DNA from: Flavobacteriales bacterium
GTDB taxonomy: Bacteria > Bacteroidota > Bacteroidia > Palsa-965
Length of the DNA stretch: 64,000 bases
Assembly (NCBI GenBank): GCA_040377305.1
Contig: JBEIPA010000008.1
Span: 64,001 to 128,000 of the forward strand
Direction: 5' to 3'
In this document: positions 50,669 through 60,378 of the stretch, in pieces
Numbering within the stretch: the first letter of the stretch is position 1
Layout of the letters: each line of letters starts with the position of its first letter
Notes under the pieces: model-generated
Database searches by the model: none
Told to the model about the DNA's origin: nothing
Seen by the model: only the letters and a program-made list of their open reading frames with translations
Made by a program: the position numbers and the translations under genes

Positions 50669-52339
50669 ATGTCTTTTTTCACTTCCCTTTTCAGAAAAAA
50701 ATCAGCCACTGCAGCCATCGGCGACGAAGGTCACGGTCATGGCCTGAATAAAGTCCTCTCTGTTCGCGATCTTACATTCTTTGGCGTAGCTGCGATCATA
50801 GGCGGCGGTACATTCAGCGCAATCGGCAATGCATGTTTCAATGGTGGGCCTGCTGTAATTCTCCTATACATAATCTGCGCAGTTGCTTGTGGATTTACCG
50901 CGATGTGTTATGCAGAATTCGCGGCTCGTGTTCCTGTATCGGGCAGTGCGTACACGTATGCGTATGTTTCTTTCGGAGAATTATTCGCATGGATTATCGG
51001 TTGGGCATTGCTTATGGAATATTCCATCGGTAATATTTACATCGCGTTTTCCTGGTCGGGATATTTCACAAATCTCCTCGGTGGATTCGGAGTGCATCTA
51101 CCCGAGTTCTTAACGATCAATTACAAAGCAGCACACGCCGCATTCGACGCCAACGCGGTAGGAACAGAAGGTTATCTCGCGTGGACAAACGCTCCGATGA
51201 TCGGAAGCCTGCGTGTCATTTTCGATTTGCCGGGAGTAATGATCAACTTCTTCATCACCTGGTTGGTGTTCATCGGCACCCGTGAGTCGCGTAACATCAG
51301 CAACATCATGGTGTACATCAAGCTTGCTGTGGTTGTTCTGATTATCATCGTTGGCTTCTTCTATATCGATATTGACAACTGGACGCCTTTCATGCCGAAA
51401 GGTTTTGGAGGAGTAATGGCGGGTGTATCTGCAGTATTCTTTGCTTACATAGGTTTCGACGCAGTATCTACACTTGCAGAAGAAGCGAAAAATCCACAAC
51501 GCGATCTTCCGAGAGGAATGATCTACTCGTTGGTTATCTGCACAGTCGCTTACATCCTGCTTGCTCTTGTCCTCACCGGAATGGTTTCTTACACACAGCT
51601 TGGCGTTACAGATCCGTTGGCAGAAATCTTCGCTATCAAAGGCGTGAAGTGGATGCTCTACATTGTTTCCGTTGCAGCTGTAGTGGCTATGACAAGCGTG
51701 ATGCTTGTGTTCCAAATGGGCCAACCCCGTATCTGGATGACGATGAGTCGCGACGGATTGATGCCGAAGAAATTCTCCGAAATTCATCCGAAACATAAAA
51801 CACCTGGATTTGCGACGATCATTACCGGGCTCGTAGTTGGATTGCCCATGTTCTTCACCGATGAAAATTTCATTCTCGATTTCACAAGCATCGGAACACT
51901 CTTCGCATTTGTTCTCGTTTGCGGCGGTGTATTATTGTTGCCGCAAATGAGCAAGGCAGAACAAGGTGAAGCCACAAAAGGAAAATTCCGTTTGCCATAT
52001 ATCAATGCGAAGTTCATTTTCCCGGGAATCGTAATCGCAACATTTGGATTCCTGATCTTCCAGTTTCCGGAGTTCTTCAGAGACACATTTGTGTTTACTG
52101 AAGACACCGTATCGCACAACATTCCAATGATTGGCTTCTTCATCGTGTGTTTCGTGATGACAATTCTATCCTTCCTCAAGAATCTGTCACTGATTCCTGT
52201 GCTCGGTCTTGTATCCTGCTGCTATCTCCTAACCGGAATGGCTGGTTCAAACTGGCTGTGGTTCGGAATCTGGTTCGGAATCGGATTAGTTGTGTATTTC
52301 CTCTACGGGCGCAAGCACAGTAAACTCGCAGGGAAGTAA
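50669..52339 (+). CDS. APC-family amino acid permease (cationic amino acid transporter-like)
   Basis: GVAAIIGGG, CYAEFA.RVP.SGSAY.Y and FFAYIGFD..ST.AEEAKNPQRD.P motifs. Likely start ATG 50669. Confidence 0.92.
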   Translation: MSFFTSLFRKKSATAAIGDEGHGHGLNKVLSVRDLTFFGVAAIIGGGTFSAIGNACFNGGPAVILLYIICAVACGFTAMCYAEFAARVPVSGSAYTYAYVSFGELFAWIIGWALLMEYSIGNIYIAFSWSGYFTNLLGGFGVHLPEFLTINYKAAHAAFDANAVGTEGYLAWTNAPMIGSLRVIFDLPGVMINFFITWLVFIGTRESRNISNIMVYIKLAVVVLIIIVGFFYIDIDNWTPFMPKGFGGVMAGVSAVFFAYIGFDAVSTLAEEAKNPQRDLPRGMIYSLVICTVAYILLALVLTGMVSYTQLGVTDPLAEIFAIKGVKWMLYIVSVAAVVAMTSVMLVFQMGQPRIWMTMSRDGLMPKKFSEIHPKHKTPGFATIITGLVVGLPMFFTDENFILDFTSIGTLFAFVLVCGGVLLLPQMSKAEQGEATKGKFRLPYINAKFIFPGIVIATFGFLIFQFPEFFRDTFVFTEDTVSHNIPMIGFFIVCFVMTILSFLKNLSLIPVLGLVSCCYLLTGMAGSNWLWFGIWFGIGLVVYFLYGRKHSKLAGK

Positions 52340-52341
52340 TC

Positions 52342-53427
52342 ATGAAGAAGTTCTCAGTTGATGCGGATATCCGCAAAGCATCGACCATTGATTCGGAGTT
52401 TTATACTTCGGATGAAGTCTTTGGTGCATCAAAAGAGAAAATCTTCGCGAAGAGCTGGCAATATCTCGGTGATAGCGATGAGATAAGAATCAGCGGACAA
52501 CTTTCTCCGTACACACTATTGCCCGGTTATCTCGACGAACCAATTGTGCTTTCACGCGATAAAGACGATGCAATTCATTGCTTATCGAATGTATGTACGC
52601 ACCGCGGAAATATTCTCGTAGAACATAACTGCACCGATTCACAAATCCGCTGTCGTTATCATGGCCGTCGCTTTGAGATGAACGGAAAGTTTAAATCCAT
52701 GCCCGAATTCGAAGGCGTGGAGAATTTCCCTTCTACCAATGATGATCTTGCGAAAGTTCCGTTTGCACAATGGGATCGCTTGTTGTTCGCGGGAATTAAA
52801 CCTTCCGCTGATTTCAATATTGTATTCGGTGATATGATGAAACGCATGTCGTTTCTCAATCTCAACGAATTCAAACAAGATGCAACACGTTCTCGCGATT
52901 ACCTCGTGAAATGCAATTGGGCTTTGTATTGCGAAAATTACCTCGAAGGTTTTCACATTCCATTCGTTCACGCAGGATTGAACGCCGCAATTGACTACGG
53001 AACTTACACCACCGAACTTTACAAGTATTCCAGCCTGCAGTTTGCTTTGTCGCGCGGCGATGAAGATGTTTTTACATTGCCTGCAACACATCCCGATCAC
53101 GGAAAAGCAGTTTCGGCTTATTACTGGTGGGTGTATCCGAACATGATGTTTAACTTCTATCCTTGGGGATTGTCGTTGAATATCGTTCGTCCGATGGGAA
53201 CTTCATTGACGAAAGTTTCGTTTATCACTTTCATCAACGATTCGTCAAAGCTCGAACGCGGCGCCGGTGCCATGCTGGATAAAGTAGAACGTGAAGACGA
53301 AGCGATTGTAGAGAATGTACAACGTGGTGTTCGTTCTCGCTTTTACAATCAGGGGAGATATTCTCCAACACGGGAAACGGGAACGCATCATTTTCATAGG
53401 CTGTTGTGCGACTCGATAAATCATTAA
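52342..53427 (+). CDS. Rieske non-heme iron oxygenase alpha subunit (choline monooxygenase/CntA-like)
   Basis: Rieske CTHRG...CRYH, mononuclear Fe site ENYLEGFHIPFVH and ED..IVE.VQRG. Confidence 0.9.
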   Translation: MKKFSVDADIRKASTIDSEFYTSDEVFGASKEKIFAKSWQYLGDSDEIRISGQLSPYTLLPGYLDEPIVLSRDKDDAIHCLSNVCTHRGNILVEHNCTDSQIRCRYHGRRFEMNGKFKSMPEFEGVENFPSTNDDLAKVPFAQWDRLLFAGIKPSADFNIVFGDMMKRMSFLNLNEFKQDATRSRDYLVKCNWALYCENYLEGFHIPFVHAGLNAAIDYGTYTTELYKYSSLQFALSRGDEDVFTLPATHPDHGKAVSAYYWWVYPNMMFNFYPWGLSLNIVRPMGTSLTKVSFITFINDSSKLERGAGAMLDKVEREDEAIVENVQRGVRSRFYNQGRYSPTRETGTHHFHRLLCDSINH

Positions 53428-53436
53428 ATATTATTT

Positions 53437-53463
53437 GCCGCAGATGCGCAGATTACGCAGATT
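53437..53463. repeat. CGCAGAT tandem repeat (three copies)
   Basis: GCCGCAGATGCGCAGATTACGCAGATT. Confidence 0.65.
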
Positions 53464-53477
53464 AAAAACAATAAAAA

Positions 53478-54230
53478 GTGATAGCATTCATAACAGGAGC
53501 AAGTGCCGGATTCGGAAAAGCAACAGCAGAACTATTCGCGCAGAATGGTTGGGACATTGTAATTACTGGTCGTCGTAAAACGCGATTGGAAGTTCTGGAA
53601 CGTCAGTTAAAAGAAAAGTACAATATTGATGTGCTCGCGTTGACCTTCGACGTTCGGAGTCACGATGAAGTGAAGAAAGCCGTGGAGTCTCTTCCCGAAA
53701 AATGGAAGAATATCGATTTACTCGTTAACAATGCAGGACTTGCAGCCGGACTTGGTCCGATACAGGAAGGTGTACTTTCTGATTGGGAAGACATGATTGA
53801 CACCAACGTGAAAGGTTTGTTGTACATGACGCGCAACATTGCTCCGTTGATGGTCGCGAATAAGAAAGGGCACATCATTAACATTGGTTCTATCGCAGGC
53901 AAAGAAGTGTATGCGAATGGAAATGTGTACTGTGCTACGAAGCATGCGGTTGATGCGTTAACGAAAGCGATGCGCCTTGACATGGTGCAGCACGGAATTA
54001 AAGTCACGCAGATTGCTCCGGGCATGGCGGAAACAGAATTCTCTATTGTTCGTTTCAAAGGTGATGATGAGAAAGCGAAGAACGTTTACAAAGGATTGAC
54101 ACCGCTTTCTGCACAAGACATTGCAGAAACAATCTGGTGGGTGGCGACGCGTCCTGCGCATGTGAACATCAACGATATTGTCATTATGCCGACTGCTCAG
54201 GCGAATTCAACAACAGCTATACGGAAGTGA
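53478..54230 (+). CDS. SDR oxidoreductase (YdfG-like NADP-dependent 3-hydroxy acid dehydrogenase)
   Basis: TGASAGFG, NNAG, YCATK, PG..ETEFS.VRF and P.HVNIN motifs. Confidence 0.9.
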   Translation: MIAFITGASAGFGKATAELFAQNGWDIVITGRRKTRLEVLERQLKEKYNIDVLALTFDVRSHDEVKKAVESLPEKWKNIDLLVNNAGLAAGLGPIQEGVLSDWEDMIDTNVKGLLYMTRNIAPLMVANKKGHIINIGSIAGKEVYANGNVYCATKHAVDALTKAMRLDMVQHGIKVTQIAPGMAETEFSIVRFKGDDEKAKNVYKGLTPLSAQDIAETIWWVATRPAHVNINDIVIMPTAQANSTTAIRK

Positions 54231-56074
54231 TGCGAAACAACTTGACACTGTTGATTGGTATTTTTACCGCGAAGACGCCAAAACGCCAAGAACAAAGCTG
54301 GCCAAACGTCATTGCGAGCCACGCGACGCAATCCCACGAGCGGACGACAGCTTTTCAATTTTATACTGATCTTTCAGCGAAGTACGCTGTGCCGGCTAGC
54401 TTTGTGATTGGCGCATTCCTGATCCTGATCTTGTACGGTTGCGGCTCAAACAAAAAACAAGCGGCCGACTACATTGTAACGAATGCAAAAGTTTACACCG
54501 CAGATGCATCGTTCACCGTTCTGGAATGTTTTGCTGTGAAAGATGATCGGATTATTGCGGTTGGAACGGATACTACTATTCTGGCGACATACGAAGCAGA
54601 CAGTATCATCAACATGGATGGCAAAGTAGTTCTTCCTGGATTGATTGATGCACATTGTCATTTCTACGGATACGCGAAAGGATTACGGGAGTGCAATCTT
54701 GTTGGTACAAAATCATTTGACGAAGTTCTTGATCGAGTAAAGAAATTTGCGGAGACGAATAAACGCGCGTGGATTGTTGGTCGTGGTTGGGATCAGAACG
54801 ATTGGTCTGTGAAATATTATCCTGACAAGGATATGCTGGATAGTTTGTTTCCGAATACACCAGTCATGCTGAAACGTATTGACGGTCATGCAGCGTTAGT
54901 GAACTCTGCGGCATTGCGTGCGGCGAATATCACTGATTCCACAGAAATATCAGGCGGAGAAATCCTGCGTGAAATAATTGAAACGCCCGGTCAGCGCAGA
55001 CGTGAAGTAAAAACCCGTGGTGCTGCAACCGGAATTCTCATCGACAATGCAGTTGATCTGGTTGATCGTGTGATTCCTCCGATGGATGAGAAGCAAATAC
55101 GCGAAGCAATTCTTGAAGCTCAGAAAAATTGTTTTGAAGTCGGTTTAACTACGCTCGATGATTGCGGCCTGATGAAAGAAGAAGTTGATCTGCTCACCGC
55201 AATGGAATCGTCCGGTGAACTGAAAATGCGTTTGTACATCATGCTGAGCGATAGTTCACCAAACTACGCGTATTACATGACGAAAGGCCCGACGAAGACA
55301 CCACACATCAATGTTCGTTCATTCAAGTTTTATGGTGATGGCGCACTCGGTTCACGCGGAGCATTTTTATTAGAGCCGTACGAAGATCTTCCCGGTCACA
55401 GCGGATTTCTGTTGCGTACGCCGGCACATTACAGAGAGAAGTTCACACAGTGTCGCGATAAAGGCTTTCAGGTGTGCACACATTGTATTGGTGATTCTGC
55501 CAATCGTTTAGTGCTGCAAATGTTTGGCGAATTACTGCCGGAGAATAACGATGCCCGTTGGAGAATTGAACACGCACAGGTTGTAAATCCGGATGATCGC
55601 GTTTACTTCAAAAAGTATGGCGTGATTCCTTCTGTGCAGCCAACGCACGCTACTTCCGACATGTATTGGGTGGAAAAACGTTTAGGTATTTCGAGAATGG
55701 CGGGTGCTTATGCCTACCGTTCACTGCTCGATGAATGCGGTATCTTTGCACTGGGCACTGACTTCCCGGTTGAAAATATTAATCCCATGTACACGCTCTA
55801 TTCAGCTGTTGCCAGAAAGGATCTGAAAGGATTTCCGGCTGAAGGATTCATGTTGCAGGAAGCGGTTGATCGTAAACAGGCAATCTGGGGTATGACATCG
55901 TGGGCTGCATTTTCCAACTTCGAGGAAAAAGAAAAAGGACAAATTGCACCCGGAATGTTTGCCGATTTCATTGTGCTAAGTGCCGATCCTCTTGAATGTC
56001 CGGTGAATGAAATTCCGAATATCGCAGTACTTGAAACATGGAGCGGTGGTAAAAAAGTATACGAGAAGAAATGA
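54230..56074 (+). CDS. Amidohydrolase (Amidohydro_3/YtcJ-like), lipoprotein
   Basis: PGLIDAHCH, DGH, DGALGSR.A, H.IGD.AN, RIEHAQ and LGTDFPV motifs. Lipobox LYGC. ATG 54230 overlaps the SDR stop (TGATG). Confidence 0.9.
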   Translation: MRNNLTLLIGIFTAKTPKRQEQSWPNVIASHATQSHERTTAFQFYTDLSAKYAVPASFVIGAFLILILYGCGSNKKQAADYIVTNAKVYTADASFTVLECFAVKDDRIIAVGTDTTILATYEADSIINMDGKVVLPGLIDAHCHFYGYAKGLRECNLVGTKSFDEVLDRVKKFAETNKRAWIVGRGWDQNDWSVKYYPDKDMLDSLFPNTPVMLKRIDGHAALVNSAALRAANITDSTEISGGEILREIIETPGQRRREVKTRGAATGILIDNAVDLVDRVIPPMDEKQIREAILEAQKNCFEVGLTTLDDCGLMKEEVDLLTAMESSGELKMRLYIMLSDSSPNYAYYMTKGPTKTPHINVRSFKFYGDGALGSRGAFLLEPYEDLPGHSGFLLRTPAHYREKFTQCRDKGFQVCTHCIGDSANRLVLQMFGELLPENNDARWRIEHAQVVNPDDRVYFKKYGVIPSVQPTHATSDMYWVEKRLGISRMAGAYAYRSLLDECGIFALGTDFPVENINPMYTLYSAVARKDLKGFPAEGFMLQEAVDRKQAIWGMTSWAAFSNFEEKEKGQIAPGMFADFIVLSADPLECPVNEIPNIAVLETWSGGKKVYEKK

Positions 56075-56817
56075 TGCTGCGTAAACACATATTGATTGCA
56101 TTCGTGTTGTTGTTAGCGCAACAGGCATTCGCGTTTCGTCCTCCTTTGTCTTCACAATACGAGCGAAGAATCTATTCTTTCAGTCTCGCCGCCGGATCAG
56201 GCTATTCTTTCTTTGGAATTGACGAAAGACACAGTGAAGCAGCCTCTCCTTTGCTCCAATTGAACGGAATGTTCCGCTTTCACTTCTTCGTAACGCCCAA
56301 CGTACACATTCAATTGGGACTGGAAGTACTCAGTCAGAAATGCAAATTCAACACCTACTACTTCGCAGACGGGCATTCTTTCTTCTACGACCGGTCTTTC
56401 GGGTACACGCATCGTATGCGTTCGTATGAATTATACATTCCGGTAATCGCCAGAATTGGCCTAACTCCGCAGGAAGAAAACGCGCGTGCAATTTTCCATA
56501 TCGATGCAGGCTACGCAATTAAAACATTTCTCTCTTCATCTGCTGTAGTCACGCGCAATTCCGACGGCAAAGACATCTGGGGCGGCACAACCGAACTCAC
56601 CTTCGAACATTTTCTGATTAGCGAACAAACCAGCAGTGTTGCAATTATAGGAATGGGTGTCGACAAACGAATCGGATGGACGCAGAAATTTATTTCGTTT
56701 GAGTTGTTCTATCGGTATAATTTTTCGCGGTATCGTTACCAGGGAAATTATAATACGAATGATTTGATGATAAAGAATTCGTGTTTGACTCTTCAGATTG
56801 GGTATCGGTTTCAATAA
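56071..56817 (+). CDS. Outer-membrane beta-barrel protein
   Basis: Signal peptide, amphipathic strands and C-terminal LQIGYRF. Confidence 0.72.
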   Translation: MMLRKHILIAFVLLLAQQAFAFRPPLSSQYERRIYSFSLAAGSGYSFFGIDERHSEAASPLLQLNGMFRFHFFVTPNVHIQLGLEVLSQKCKFNTYYFADGHSFFYDRSFGYTHRMRSYELYIPVIARIGLTPQEENARAIFHIDAGYAIKTFLSSSAVVTRNSDGKDIWGGTTELTFEHFLISEQTSSVAIIGMGVDKRIGWTQKFISFELFYRYNFSRYRYQGNYNTNDLMIKNSCLTLQIGYRFQ

Positions 56818-56883
56818 ACTTTAGGACGCCTGCCGCGGGCCACCACGGCGACGGGCCGTAACGGCGCAAAAGATCGGTGCGCA

Positions 56884-57387
56884 TTATTTCAATAAGAAAC
56901 TATCAATGTAAGTAGCAACTATTGAATCAGTGAGGATGGGAGCGGAAACTAGTGAATCAAAAACAATATTTGCACCGCCGACATTTTTTACAAAAGCAAA
57001 TACCATATCAGAAGGGATTCCATTGTGATACAAAACTCTTAATGAGACTGTATCGTGCTTGAAAACTTCCTTAGATTTTATTCTTCCGTCAATTTCAAAC
57101 ACAGTCTCCAACCCATCCTTCTTACCGTCAACATAGAAGCAAGTCCTTTCAACCGTGCCATTATCATGGTAGCAAGAATCAACTCCTTGATAAACATTGT
57201 CTTCACTTGTAACCTTTCTACTTACTACTCCATTTTCAAAATAATACCACATTGTATCTAAACAGTCCGGTTCATTGCATTTTTTATACACGCTCTGAAT
57301 AGTTCCGTCATCATATTTCGATACCACAGTATCACTGCAACAGGCAAGTAGGATAATTACGGGTATGGTGAGAAAGATTGACTTCAC
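56884..57387 (-). CDS. MORN-variant repeat lipoprotein (YwqK-like)
   Basis: Lipobox LLAC and repeats YFENG, YHDNG, DGKKDG, FEIDG. Visibly AT-richer than its neighbours. Confidence 0.7.
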   Translation of the reverse strand: MKSIFLTIPVIILLACCSDTVVSKYDDGTIQSVYKKCNEPDCLDTMWYYFENGVVSRKVTSEDNVYQGVDSCYHDNGTVERTCFYVDGKKDGLETVFEIDGRIKSKEVFKHDTVSLRVLYHNGIPSDMVFAFVKNVGGANIVFDSLVSAPILTDSIVATYIDSFLLK

Positions 57388-57471
57388 GGTTTATGATCTG
57401 TTATACAACTTTTGTTCTTTGACAAAGACGCTCAAATTGTTTGATATTGCCGGTTCGTCTTCCAAATATTG

Positions 57472-60105
57472 TTACTTCCCACCATACCTATACCCCATAC
57501 TCGCCCTACTCTTCTCCTCCTTCACCACAAACTCCGCCACATCTTCCAACGCCAACGTATGCAACACTTCCTTCGTTCGCTTGTCTGAATCCATTGCAGC
57601 CATTCGTAAGTGCTGGTTCTTCACTGCTTCGCCGATGATCTGACGAACGGAGCGCGCGTTACCGAAATACTTGTCGCGGTTGGTGTAAAGCTGACCGAGA
57701 TAGCTCTGCAAATGTTCGAGTGCTGCAGGTGAAGGTGTAAGTCCTTCTTTTTCTAGCAGGGAAAGTGCAATGGTGTAAAGCTCGTCGGCCGTGTAGTCCA
57801 TGAACTCGTAGTGACGATCGAAACGCGATTTCAATCCCGGGTTGGCTTCGATAAAATCTTTCATGTTGTCCGGATAACCTGCAACGATGACACCGAATTT
57901 GCCCCGGAGATCTTCCATCTTTTTCAGGATGACCTGAATGGCTTCTGCACCGAAACCATGTGACGTATCGCTATTCGCAAGTGCGTATGCTTCATCGATG
58001 AAGAGAACTCCACCTTGTGCTTCCTGAATCCGTTCCGCAGTTTTGATTGCAGTTTGTCCGACGTATCCGGCAACGAGTCCTTCACGATCAACTTCTACCA
58101 CGTGACCTTTCTCAACGAGACCAAGTCCTTTGTAGATTTTGCCGATGATACGCGCAACAGTTGTTTTTCCTGTTCCCGGATTACCAGTGAAGATCGCGTG
58201 TAATGAAAAACGATTCATCACTTCTTTTCCGGTCTCGCGGTAGAAACGAACCAACTTCACGAGCTCGCTAACTTCAGCTTTGATGTTGCTCATCCCAACC
58301 AGTGCATTGAGTTCATCAAGTGCTTCCCGCAATAATTTCTCGTTGATGCCAATCTCAATCTTCTTTTTCGCTCTGCCACCGAATGCTTTTTCAACATCGG
58401 CAACGGTTAACGTGCTCAATGCGTCGTTATCCATCGTTGCAACATCACCGGCCTGCATCAAACGCAAAGCCATATTCATCTTGGCAGATTCAACAACACC
58501 CAACGCCATACGTGCATTTCCGAAAGTGCGATCACGTGTACGATAAGCTTCGATAAACGCTTCCTCCAAAAACTTAATCGCGTCTTCGGCTAGCTTCACG
58601 CCTTTCTTCAGTGTTCCTGAAGTGGCGATCGCGAGAAGTTCGTCTGGCGTATAATCTTCAAACTCATAGTAGTGAGAGAAACGCGATTTCATTCCGGGAT
58701 TCGAATCCAAAAATGCTTCCATCTCCTTCGGATAACCTGCGCCCATGATAGCAATATCACCTGTGCCGTCCGACATTTCCTTCAGAAGTATTTCGATTAC
58801 TTCTTTTCCGAAATCTTTTGAATCGTCACCTGCACGGGCAAGTGCATATGCTTCGTCAATGAAAAGTATGCCACCTTTCGCCGACTCAATAATTTTCTTT
58901 GTCTTCGGTGCTGTTTGTCCGATGTATTCACCCACAAGATCTGCGCGATCAACTTCCACCACATGTCCTTTCGAAAGCAATCCCATTTTCTGGTAAATCT
59001 TTCCGAGCATATTCACCACGGTAGTCTTTCCTGTTCCCGGATTACCAGTGAAAACACTATGCAGATTGATTTTGCCGCTCTCTTCAAATCCTTTTTCCTT
59101 ACGGACTTTTAAGAAGTTGAGATAGCTGATGTGATCGCGAACACTTTTCTTGATGTTGGTTAATCCGATGAGAGAATCCAGCTCTGCTAGCAACTCTTCC
59201 ATCGTCTTCTCTTCAACAGTTGCTTCGGCCTTCTTCTCCTGCTCGCCAGTTTCTCCACCAGCAGCAGATTTCACCAGCATTTCATTTCCAGTCAACAACT
59301 CCGGGTTGCCTTCCACATCGACATTGCTCACATCGAAACGTACCTGGGCCACGAGCGTATCCATGAAAAGTACTTCCACAAAATACACATCGTCTTTCCA
59401 GGAACCTGCAGTTGCATTTCCCCAGCCAACATCGAATGTGTATTTGTAATCTTTCTTTGCCTTATCGACTTTTCCTTCACGCTGCACTTGTCCTTTCAAT
59501 TGGTGCGCATCATCGAGAAAATTGAACGTGAGTTCATACTCCCAATCCATCTCGCTCTTGTTCGCGATTTCCATTTCAGCCCACACGTATTGCGTTTTAT
59601 CGCGATTGATCTGCTTCAGGTAAACACGATCTTTACTCTCCCATCCGTTAAAATCACCGGAGTAGAGTTTCAAGTGATTCACTTTGAAATACGGATTGTA
59701 CTCTTTCGTCACCTTCCCGATTTCATTCACCACGAAACGGGTTTCAGCAGCTTTCTCACTGTCAATCCACGCCTCCCAAATGTATTCACCCTTCTTCCAA
59801 TACACACCTTCTTTCGGATTGCCCCAACCATCGCGCATGTATACGATGTTTTCGTCCATCTTTATCTCGCGTTTTGTATCGAGTGAACAAATTTCTTTCC
59901 GCTCCACTCCCAATATTTCGAAACACTTGAGAATGACAGTGCACTCCCAGGTTTCTTCATCGAACAATTTATTGTAGAACGAAAACTCGCAACGAACATA
60001 CGCGAGCTCTGCTTTGTCGAAAATCTTACGATACTTCTTGGTCGAATTCGCCATCCACTCATCAGAGGAGAATGTGCGCATTTCTTTTACTTTATATTTC
60101 TTCAC
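57472..60105 (-). CDS. Double AAA+ ATPase of the CbbX/SpoVK/EccA clade with a duplicated N-terminal beta domain
   Basis: Two copies of L..L.G...IK, H.(V/I)FTGNPGTGKTT, LV..Y.GQTA.KT, GG.LFIDEAYAL, AGYP..M..F...NPG.KSRF and FGNAR. Confidence 0.92.
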   Translation of the reverse strand: MKKYKVKEMRTFSSDEWMANSTKKYRKIFDKAELAYVRCEFSFYNKLFDEETWECTVILKCFEILGVERKEICSLDTKREIKMDENIVYMRDGWGNPKEGVYWKKGEYIWEAWIDSEKAAETRFVVNEIGKVTKEYNPYFKVNHLKLYSGDFNGWESKDRVYLKQINRDKTQYVWAEMEIANKSEMDWEYELTFNFLDDAHQLKGQVQREGKVDKAKKDYKYTFDVGWGNATAGSWKDDVYFVEVLFMDTLVAQVRFDVSNVDVEGNPELLTGNEMLVKSAAGGETGEQEKKAEATVEEKTMEELLAELDSLIGLTNIKKSVRDHISYLNFLKVRKEKGFEESGKINLHSVFTGNPGTGKTTVVNMLGKIYQKMGLLSKGHVVEVDRADLVGEYIGQTAPKTKKIIESAKGGILFIDEAYALARAGDDSKDFGKEVIEILLKEMSDGTGDIAIMGAGYPKEMEAFLDSNPGMKSRFSHYYEFEDYTPDELLAIATSGTLKKGVKLAEDAIKFLEEAFIEAYRTRDRTFGNARMALGVVESAKMNMALRLMQAGDVATMDNDALSTLTVADVEKAFGGRAKKKIEIGINEKLLREALDELNALVGMSNIKAEVSELVKLVRFYRETGKEVMNRFSLHAIFTGNPGTGKTTVARIIGKIYKGLGLVEKGHVVEVDREGLVAGYVGQTAIKTAERIQEAQGGVLFIDEAYALANSDTSHGFGAEAIQVILKKMEDLRGKFGVIVAGYPDNMKDFIEANPGLKSRFDRHYEFMDYTADELYTIALSLLEKEGLTPSPAALEHLQSYLGQLYTNRDKYFGNARSVRQIIGEAVKNQHLRMAAMDSDKRTKEVLHTLALEDVAEFVVKEEKSRASMGYRYGGK

Positions 60106-60164
60106 GAAAGCGGGTTTTAAGAAAGATGAAATTAAGAAATAGATCGTGAATCTGGATGGAAAAA

Positions 60165-60366
60165 GGAACGCGGATTTTGATGTGCTTTTGGTGTTAGCGG
60201 TGTGCTCGGATCTGTGTGGTAGTTAGATCGTTTCGGTATTGGATTTTATGAGATAAGCCCAAAGTATAGCGAGTTTATCTCATTAGATCCAAATACAAGC
60301 TGAAGTATACACCGCAGTGATCCGAGATCAGTACTAGAAAACAACGAACATAAAAATCCGCGTTCC
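60165..60366. repeat. 202-bp imperfect hairpin element 1 (arm A1 60165-60257, arm B1 60275-60366)
   Basis: Terminal IR GGAACGCGGATTTT/AAAATCCGCGTTCC, middle CTCGGATC/GATCCGAG and inner ATGAGATAA/TTATCTCAT. Confidence 0.92.
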
Positions 60367-60378
60367 CATGGCCACGAT

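Noticed and set aside
60165-60366. Integron attC sites flanking a cassette
   Set aside because: The ends contain AAC...GTT but do not match RYYYAAC/GTTRRRY on either strand. About 200 bp is longer than typical attC sites, and no integrase is present.
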